IMG/VR virus record: IMGVR_UViG_2903617902_000001
Coordinates: 2,255 to 66,254 of that record
DNA from: a virus
Strand: one strand, 5' to 3'
DNA: 64,000 nucleotides
The notes under the pieces are model-generated. The model did no database searches. It worked only from the letters and a program-made list of their open reading frames with translations, and was not told the DNA's origin. Both the position numbers and the translations under genes were made by a program. This document shows positions 57,604-64,000 of the stretch, in pieces; within the stretch, counting starts at the first letter, position 1, and each line of letters begins with the position of its first letter.

Positions 57604-58152
57604 TTATTTAAACTTCCAATAATATCCTTCATGAGACTTCCTTTCACCTCGACAACATGAATTGACATTGCCTTGGTTAAACCCTTGCCTTTTTGCTTCT
57701 TGGGCAGATGGGAAAGATATTTCAGAGCCATCAATCATTGAGATTCCAATTACAGGTTTACTATATTTTTTATAATTTCGCATTTTTTCTGAAAACCTTT
57801 TTTGCTTAGTACCCCAATTTGCATTCTCTACCCTTGTAACCCATTCAAGATTGCAAACTCTATTATCTGTCTTTATTTCGTTAATATGATTTACCTCTTG
57901 CTTTTTATTAGGATTAGGAATAAAAGCTAAGGCGACTAAACGATGAACTCTTAGACCTTTAGTAACTCCGTTCTTTGAAAGATACACTTGAAGGTAGCCG
58001 TCTCTTGTCTTTTGCTGACATAAAAGTTTTTCTTCTACTTTAATATTTCTCCCTCTGTCATTTTTGTATCTTTCAACACTCTTAACCTTTCCATTGGAAG
58101 AAACTTCGTAGCGTCCTTCATATCCACTTACGCTTTTCCATATCTCTTTCAT
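57604..58152 (-). CDS. NUMOD4-HNH homing endonuclease
   Basis: EIWKSVSGYEGRYEVSSNG, VHRLVA, VNHINEIKTDN..NLEW. Confidence 0.92.
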   Translation of the reverse strand: MKEIWKSVSGYEGRYEVSSNGKVKSVERYKNDRGRNIKVEEKLLCQQKTRDGYLQVYLSKNGVTKGLRVHRLVALAFIPNPNKKQEVNHINEIKTDNRVCNLEWVTRVENANWGTKQKRFSEKMRNYKKYSKPVIGISMIDGSEISFPSAQEAKRQGFNQGNVNSCCRGERKSHEGYYWKFK

Positions 58153-58592
58153 TATAAAAACTCTTTATTTTGTTCAATAATTTGTTGAGCATAAAATAGC
58201 ATTTCAGTCTCTCTCGGTTCTGGCAGATATATTCCAGCGACAGAACTTGAATAATTGCGAAATCTCTCGATAGACAATGACATTTCAGCCTTATCTAAAC
58301 TTGAGGAACTTCTAAGGTATTTCACCTCTTTCCCGAACTTATTTTTTCTTGTCCTGACAAATATATCCTCATTGCACTTACGCTTATAAAAGTCTATTTT
58401 TGCCTCATCTAACGAGCATCCATATTCGCTTCCAAAAAATCCAAGGATAACATGCAGATATGAATTCTGTGCCAACGAGCGAGTAGTTAACTTATTCTTC
58501 AATTCGACATAAGCTTTCTTACGCTCCATATCCTTGCACTTCTCTTTGAACTTTTGCAAGTCATATTCATTCGAGAGATTATACAGAGCCAT
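58152..58592 (-). CDS. NinB-like protein
   Basis: RSLAQNSYLH...SSSSLDKAEMS. Confidence 0.7.
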   Translation of the reverse strand: MALYNLSNEYDLQKFKEKCKDMERKKAYVELKNKLTTRSLAQNSYLHVILGFFGSEYGCSLDEAKIDFYKRKCNEDIFVRTRKNKFGKEVKYLRSSSSLDKAEMSLSIERFRNYSSSVAGIYLPEPRETEMLFYAQQIIEQNKEFL

Positions 58593-58815
58593 TTTTAACC
58601 AACTTATAATTTGCGAAGTGAACTGGCCTGCCAGTGATACGACTGACAGACCTTATAGTTTCTGTAATGATATTATATCCATCATTACGCAAATCAGAGA
58701 TACGAGCACCAAGACGATAACATCCATATTCTCGTAAAGCAGTAAGAGGCTCTATACTACCAAACTTTTTCAAGTGGTCGAGTATAACTTTCTTTTGGGA
58801 TAACTTTTCTTCCAT
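58579..58815 (-). CDS. Winged-HTH protein
   Basis: SQKKVILDHL...RLGARISDLR. Confidence 0.8.
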   Translation of the reverse strand: MEEKLSQKKVILDHLKKFGSIEPLTALREYGCYRLGARISDLRNDGYNIITETIRSVSRITGRPVHFANYKLVKNGSV

Positions 58816-58818
58816 ATC

Positions 58819-59265
58819 TTAGAAAGGTAAATCATCTTCGTTTTGAGAAGCTACATTACCTTGCTGACTTTGACTCTGTTCATTCGTACTATTTTGCACT
58901 CCTTGCGAAGTAGCAGGCTGACTATTACTTGGTTGCTGATAGTTTCCGTTCTGTCGCTGATATGGAACAATGTCATATCCTACAACTGACGTGAAATAAT
59001 CTTTCTTGCCATCTTTCTCGAAAGACCTACCATTAAGAGCGAAAGAAATTGTAACCATGTCACCAGCTTTGAAACTGTCTAACTTTGGAATGTTTCGCAT
59101 TACAAAGTCAAAGGCTGGATAGTTCTCAAACTTTTGCCCTGTCATAGGGTCATAGTGAGATGCGTCAAGCACAATACGCCTCTTTGTAAAAACACCATTA
59201 TTCTTTGTAGGAACATCAACAGCGTTCTCTATCAAAAGAATTTTTCCGCTTATTTGATTTGCCAT
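58819..59265 (-). CDS. DUF3127-like OB-fold ssDNA-binding protein
   Basis: Q-rich linker and DDLPF tail. Confidence 0.8.
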   Translation of the reverse strand: MANQISGKILLIENAVDVPTKNNGVFTKRRIVLDASHYDPMTGQKFENYPAFDFVMRNIPKLDSFKAGDMVTISFALNGRSFEKDGKKDYFTSVVGYDIVPYQRQNGNYQQPSNSQPATSQGVQNSTNEQSQSQQGNVASQNEDDLPF

Positions 59266-59266
59266 A

Positions 59267-60205
59267 TTATTCTTCGTTGAAAATTTTCTTGTTTGTTATT
59301 GAACTCCTATTATCCTCAAGGAACTCACAAAATCGCTCGCAAATTTCTTTCAGTAATACTTTGCTTTGCTCGTGATCATACTGGTATACTTCTGGGTACT
59401 GAACCCCTGTAATGAGAGGTGTTCGACTGGTACCGCCTTTCAAAGTGTATGCAGTGAATTCAAAAGAGTTAATCTCAGTGCACATTCCACTTTCAATGAG
59501 TGTGTATGGATATGCGTGTCTTTGCCAGTACTTAGCATACTTACCGAATTCATACCGAGAAGTGGTCTTTAAGTCATAGACCTTATTTTCTCGCAACTCG
59601 TCTATGTATCCGTATAGTTCAACTTCGCCAAACTTAGTATCAATAGTAGCTGATGTAAACACTTGACTTAAAGAGCCCTTGAAATACTCTGCAACAGACT
59701 TACAGAAAGGTATGTCAAATAGGAACTCGAAACAATCACATGCAGCATATATAAATGTCGATATGGCTTTCTTACATAGAGCTTCGCAGTGAGGTAAATC
59801 ATGTTCTGGGATTATTGGAATTATCCCATCCAACTTATTAGCAATGCGGACATGGTTCCTATTCCGTGCATTAAACAAATCTGTCCCACTTGTTATAGTT
59901 TTGATAATAACGTTATCATTCTCACTTCCCCTATTGTGGATAATACAATCAATGACTTCATTAAAAGCGGTACCCTTGCTTGCAGCTTCTGACGGCTCAT
60001 GTGGCACTCGGTTAATAGCATCTAATAACTCTTGCTTTAGAAGAGCGTCCACTTCTTCTTGTGAGAAGTGGAGCGTATCTTCTGTTTCAGAGTAATTCTT
60101 ATGCCATTTACCTTCTTCATCTTGATAGAAGTAATCCTCTGCTTGAGTGTCCAAATATGTTTGAAAGCGGTCAAGCAGAGTAGCATAAAATCTGTATTTA
60201 AGCAT
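59267..60205 (-). CDS. PD-(D/E)XK exonuclease
   Basis: KGTAF, GYIDE...YDLKT...WQ..Y. Confidence 0.8.
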   Translation of the reverse strand: MLKYRFYATLLDRFQTYLDTQAEDYFYQDEEGKWHKNYSETEDTLHFSQEEVDALLKQELLDAINRVPHEPSEAASKGTAFNEVIDCIIHNRGSENDNVIIKTITSGTDLFNARNRNHVRIANKLDGIIPIIPEHDLPHCEALCKKAISTFIYAACDCFEFLFDIPFCKSVAEYFKGSLSQVFTSATIDTKFGEVELYGYIDELRENKVYDLKTTSRYEFGKYAKYWQRHAYPYTLIESGMCTEINSFEFTAYTLKGGTSRTPLITGVQYPEVYQYDHEQSKVLLKEICERFCEFLEDNRSSITNKKIFNEE

Positions 60206-61124
60206 ACATCTTACTCTTTTTGTTAAACTTCAAACCTAACTTGTCACACTTTGTTTTAACAAGCAAACCAATCTTAAGTTTGCTGTCCCAAATCTGCTTT
60301 GTTTTTGCAAATGACTTACAGAAATCATTGGCAGTGCTCGCATCAACAATAGCTTCAACTTCCTCCTTAGCAGACTCAATTAATTCGTCATATTCCTTGC
60401 GAGTTTCTCTCTCACTCTTTAAGTAGCCATGATAACTATCAAAGATGTTCGTAAGGAAGCGGTTCTCTCCTGTAACAGATCCCTGTTCGTTAATGATTGT
60501 AGGAATTTCCATTGCATTCGGGAGATTGCAAGTATTCTTGGTGTATGCTTTTTCGTTCACACCCCAATATACATATCTCTTCTCTCCGTAGGCTTGCATA
60601 TATCCTACCAAGTCCAACTCCTTGATAAGGTCACCAACAGAACTACCACCCATTTCTGGACGAACAATCTTTTGTTCTCCATCTTTGTCCTCTCGTTCGT
60701 GGGCGATAAAAACAAGGTTCTTACCCATCATGCTCACCTGCTTCAAGAAGTTGATAAACATATTCTTTCTTGCTCCAAATCCTTGAAGTGAAAGACTGCC
60801 ATCACGCTTTGCCATCTTTGGCTCATTCTTAATGATGTAAGCTGACATAAAATCGAGGGCCTTGCCTGCTGTATCAATAACGATTGTCTTATACTCAGAC
60901 AAGTCTTCGTTGAGAGCAGCGATAACATCATCCCATTTTTCAACTTGCAGTGTTGGGACTTGGAAAGCTCCATTTACACGTTGTACACCGCCATCAAAAT
61001 CCAACAAAACAGGACTTGGTGCTGATAAGCCTAACGTAGATTTTCCCATACCAGGTGCTCCATAGATAAGCACCTTAATTGTGGAGTTAATAGCCAACTC
61101 CGAAGGCTTCTTAAATAAACTCAT
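60198..61124 (-). CDS. AAA ATPase (Sak4-like recombinase)
   Basis: LIYGAPGMGKST, LDFDGG, IVIDT, FIAHE. Confidence 0.85.
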   Translation of the reverse strand: MSLFKKPSELAINSTIKVLIYGAPGMGKSTLGLSAPSPVLLDFDGGVQRVNGAFQVPTLQVEKWDDVIAALNEDLSEYKTIVIDTAGKALDFMSAYIIKNEPKMAKRDGSLSLQGFGARKNMFINFLKQVSMMGKNLVFIAHEREDKDGEQKIVRPEMGGSSVGDLIKELDLVGYMQAYGEKRYVYWGVNEKAYTKNTCNLPNAMEIPTIINEQGSVTGENRFLTNIFDSYHGYLKSERETRKEYDELIESAKEEVEAIVDASTANDFCKSFAKTKQIWDSKLKIGLLVKTKCDKLGLKFNKKSKMYA

Positions 61125-61138
61125 TGCTCTTAGTGTGT

Positions 61139-61690
61139 TTAATTAAACAAATTATTATCATTCGCATACTGAATAAATTCAGACTTTTCATGTATTCCCA
61201 ATTTCAAGTAAACCGACTTGATATGGTTCTTAACCGTGTAAGGAGAAATGTATAACTGTTCAGCAATCTCTTCCTTACTAACACCTTTGTAAACAAGTTT
61301 CATTACTCGCAATTCTTGTTCAGATAACTTGGAGTTGAACTTAGGTGAACATATAACTCCCTCGTGCTTACACTCACCTCTTAAAGGGCAATCTACTTTT
61401 TCAAAGTGATATCTACCACTTATATCAATATCAGAAGATGTACAATCCAATTTGCCAAAATTACATTTACAAAATCTTCTAACCATCAAATACTGATAAT
61501 AAGGGACATTTGCACTACTTCTTGAATATTCCTTTGAAAGAGCTTTGTAAGCAGCAGGATAACATTCTCTAACTTGTCCTAATACAGAACCTATTAGTTC
61601 TGTGTTAGACTCGTTTACAACTTGATTTTTACCATCTTCGGATTTACACCAAAGTTCTCCGTCAAATATGTAAAATTCTACTTCTCCCAT
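61139..61690 (-). CDS. LuxR-type HTH regulator
   Basis: LSEQELRVM...EIAEQLYISPYTVKNH. Confidence 0.88.
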   Translation of the reverse strand: MGEVEFYIFDGELWCKSEDGKNQVVNESNTELIGSVLGQVRECYPAAYKALSKEYSRSSANVPYYQYLMVRRFCKCNFGKLDCTSSDIDISGRYHFEKVDCPLRGECKHEGVICSPKFNSKLSEQELRVMKLVYKGVSKEEIAEQLYISPYTVKNHIKSVYLKLGIHEKSEFIQYANDNNLFN

Positions 61691-61905
61691 AACTCTTCTG
61701 CTGGTATGCCTGTAAGCTCCACAAGTACATTGATATGTTTGTCGTTAGCTGGCTTCATCCCATAGAATATCCAATTTCTAACAGTAGCCGTAGATACACC
61801 AGTCTTTGATACAACTGTGTTAATAAAATTCGTTTTAGGATACTCCGCTTCTGGAAGTTTCTCATAATATCCCTGTAGGGTTATTTTTTCCTTGTTTTTC
61901 TTCAT
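61678..61905 (-). CDS. Cro-like HTH protein
   Basis: GVSTATVRNW...LTGIPAEELW; divergent from repressor. Confidence 0.75.
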   Translation of the reverse strand: MKKNKEKITLQGYYEKLPEAEYPKTNFINTVVSKTGVSTATVRNWIFYGMKPANDKHINVLVELTGIPAEELWEK

Positions 61906-61932
61906 ACTTTTGTTTATTTCAAATACTTTATT

Positions 61933-62011
61933 TATATTTGCACTGTTGTAATTAATATTATAGTGCAAAGGTAATAAATATATTTAGATTAAACTTAGAG
62001 TAATCTAAATA
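61933..62011. promoter_or_regulatory. Lysis/lysogeny switch: face-to-face promoters and operator
   Basis: + TATATTTG (61933-61940), - TACCTTTG (61966-61973), inverted repeat TATTTAGATTA-N9-TAATCTAAATA (61981-62011). Confidence 0.65.
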
Positions 62012-62039
62012 ATTTCTTACTGTTAAGATATTTTAATAT

Positions 62040-62774
62040 ATGAATAAGGTACAGAAAAGGTTAAACGATTTTATATCATATCTCGGAATGAGTGTGTCTC
62101 AGTTTGAGCAAAGCATTGGTGTCGGAAACGCCTTCGTTAAAAATACTAACGAAAGAATGAGAAATAGCTCTAAGAATCTTATAGCAACTCGATATCCTGA
62201 GCTCAATATGGATTGGTTAATGAAAGGTAAAGGTGAGATGCTTAAACCAAATAGTAATACACTCAACTCTTATGGTAACAATTCTGCAAACTCCATAAAT
62301 GGTAACGCATCCGTTACCAACAACAATACTGTAGAGCGTACAAAAATACCTTTCTACGAGGATATATCTACTATTGGAGGCACCAATTCTATGATGGCAA
62401 ACGAAGTCGATAGTTATCACGTAGAATACATAGACGCTGGTGATTGGTTTGGCGATGCTACATCTGCAATAAGACACTATGGAGACAGTATGGTAGAATA
62501 CCCAAGCGGATCTATACTTGCATTGAAACGTGTAAAAGACCACAATTTACTTATATGGGGGCGCAACTATTGTATTGAAACATCTGAGTTTCGAATAACT
62601 AAACGACTACAAGACGGAGGAGATGAGTTTGTTTTCGCATATAGTTCAAACACAGAAACTTATCCAGACGGAACGCTTGTGCATTCTCCTATAAAGATTC
62701 CTAAATCGTCTATAAGGCATATCGATATGGTTCTCGGATGCGTAACAAAAGAATATAGCAACAGTATAATGTAA
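62040..62774 (+). CDS. CI-like repressor (HTH and S24 peptidase)
   Basis: N-term HTH, WLMKGKGEM, GDSM, TKRL. Confidence 0.88.
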   Translation: MNKVQKRLNDFISYLGMSVSQFEQSIGVGNAFVKNTNERMRNSSKNLIATRYPELNMDWLMKGKGEMLKPNSNTLNSYGNNSANSINGNASVTNNNTVERTKIPFYEDISTIGGTNSMMANEVDSYHVEYIDAGDWFGDATSAIRHYGDSMVEYPSGSILALKRVKDHNLLIWGRNYCIETSEFRITKRLQDGGDEFVFAYSSNTETYPDGTLVHSPIKIPKSSIRHIDMVLGCVTKEYSNSIM

Positions 62775-62836
62775 TGGCAAAAATAAATTCAAATGGATAG
62801 CAGTCCGCTAATTCCAATAATGGTAGTAGCACACAG

Positions 62837-63061
62837 GTGACTGGTCATAGCACAACTGTAAATAACTTTGCTGTTTCAGAGAATATGGAAGACTTCTATA
62901 AGTCAAGCCATATTAAAGCGATTGATATCATAAAAAGTCAAAGACTTGTAATAAGCAAACTACAACATCAAATTGATAGAATGCAGGATCAGATAGACAA
63001 TACGCAAGAGATAAAAAACAAACTTGTGATTATGCTAATGAAACTTCTAAACGAAAAATAA
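62837..63061 (+). CDS. Hypothetical coiled-coil protein
   Basis: Downstream of repressor; start uncertain. Confidence 0.5.
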   Translation: MTGHSTTVNNFAVSENMEDFYKSSHIKAIDIIKSQRLVISKLQHQIDRMQDQIDNTQEIKNKLVIMLMKLLNEK

Positions 63062-63062
63062 T

Positions 63063-63320
63063 ATGCGTTTAAACTCTCCTGAAGCAACAGCTATAACCAA
63101 ACGTTTCTTTATTGCTATTGATTATCTAATAGCAAAGAGAGAAATACGAGGCTTAAACACTTTTGCTAATATGCACAACTTAAATTATTGGAACCTATAC
63201 ACACTCAGGAAAGAGCCTGAACGTAGAGTATTAAAGGTTGATTATATTGCTTTTTTAGCAAAGGACTTCAACATTTCTCTTGAATACCTTATATTTGGCA
63301 TTGGGTCAATAATTAAATAA
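63063..63320 (+). CDS. HTH-like protein
   Basis: RGLNTFA...FNISLEYLIFGIG. Confidence 0.7.
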   Translation: MRLNSPEATAITKRFFIAIDYLIAKREIRGLNTFANMHNLNYWNLYTLRKEPERRVLKVDYIAFLAKDFNISLEYLIFGIGSIIK

Positions 63321-63321
63321 C

Positions 63322-63354
63322 AAAAAAGGGAGCACCTACTTGGCACTCCCTTTT
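63322..63354. terminator. Bidirectional terminator
   Basis: AAAAAAGGGAG...CTCCCTTTT. Confidence 0.7.
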
Positions 63355-63448
63355 GAAATTCTGTACTTTTGAATAACGATGTTTAGAGGAATATTCATCA
63401 GATTGTTTGACCTTGCAAAGTGCATAAGGTCGTAAAAGTCTTGCTTGC

Positions 63449-63724
63449 TCATTGCTGTTTAAGTCTTATTTGTTCGCCAATGATGGCATGGTTAAATGTT
63501 TCTTTGTTTACTTTCACTCGGTGCGTCTTCACGCTGTCTTTGACATATAGGATGAAACTTCTCGGAACGGAGCGGAACTCGAAAGGAAGTACACCTTTGT
63601 CGATGTGTTCTATTGCGTATTCTGTTTCGCCCTTTGCGATAACAACTCCCTTAATTACTTGTCGCTTGCATGATGTAACGAACACGAAGGCAGATAGGGC
63701 AATTAATAATGTAATCATTCTCAT
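63449..63724 (-). CDS. Putative lipoprotein
   Basis: MRMITLLIALSAFVFVTSC lipobox. Confidence 0.6.
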   Translation of the reverse strand: MRMITLLIALSAFVFVTSCKRQVIKGVVIAKGETEYAIEHIDKGVLPFEFRSVPRSFILYVKDSVKTHRVKVNKETFNHAIIGEQIRLKQQ

Positions 63725-63999
63725 GCTATTTGCTTTTTTGTTAAACCTAATTCCTTTGCGAACTCCCGAAGTTTTGTCAGTCCACAACCGATTGTATCAG
63801 CGAGTTCACGATTTGTTTTTGTAAGATAATTCTCTTTGAGATAAGCCACCTGCGCCTCCGAAAGAACCATCTTGTTATGTTCCTGTCGATCATATTGCAG
63901 AATAGCTTTGTCGGCAACAAGTTTTTCCTTCGGGTTAAGGCTAAGAGCCTCTTCGCTGCTTGCTTGAAGATTCTGCTCGGATATAAGTTTTGTTTCGAT
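63721..63999 (-). CDS. Phage-like HTH protein, 5' end possibly outside window
   Basis: Open frame ...YLKENYLTKTNRELADTIGCGLTKLREFAKELGLTK. Confidence 0.55.
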   Translation of the reverse strand: METKLISEQNLQASSEEALSLNPKEKLVADKAILQYDRQEHNKMVLSEAQVAYLKENYLTKTNRELADTIGCGLTKLREFAKELGLTKKQIA

Positions 64000-64000
64000 A

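Larger units (their letters stand above)
799..64000. mobile_element. Siphovirus-like prophage; right boundary not identified
   Basis: Integrase, tail, lysis, tape measure, capsid, portal, terminase, replication and repressor modules in coherent order. Confidence 0.95.

Noticed and set aside
63321..64000. attR site
   Set aside because: No copy of the tRNA-Lys 3' end seen; the TACTTTTGA match between about 910 and 63364 is too short and AT-rich

Overview
Almost the whole window is one long-tailed (siphovirus-like) Bacteroidota prophage, probably from a Prevotella-like host (inferred from TAnnTTTG promoters and gene families). It starts just downstream of a host tRNA-Lys(TTT) at 726-798. Left to right: tyrosine integrase; tail fibre/adhesin with a 933-bp invertible C-terminal cassette and a broken invertase; lysis; tail; head (minor head protein with an intein); portal; terminase; a DNA-modification-like operon; early accessory genes; replication and recombination; and a cro/cI-type switch near 62 kb. 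No attR copy of the tRNA 3' end was found, so the right end may lie outside the window. Three candidates stand out. (1) Two phage tRNA-Gly(TCC) genes, one with the features of non-proteinogenic tRNA-Gly, sit inside a DUF488 / opine dehydrogenase / amidoligase-Mom-like GNAT / ParB / ATP-grasp / terminase operon, suggesting tRNA-fed DNA hypermodification. (2) A ~75-nt candidate sRNA behind terL is perfectly antisense (12-20 nt) to the shared AGAGCA-ATG start region of ten phage genes, including dnaB. (3) The tail-fibre switch appears locked. All family assignments come from motif recognition by eye; no searches were run.
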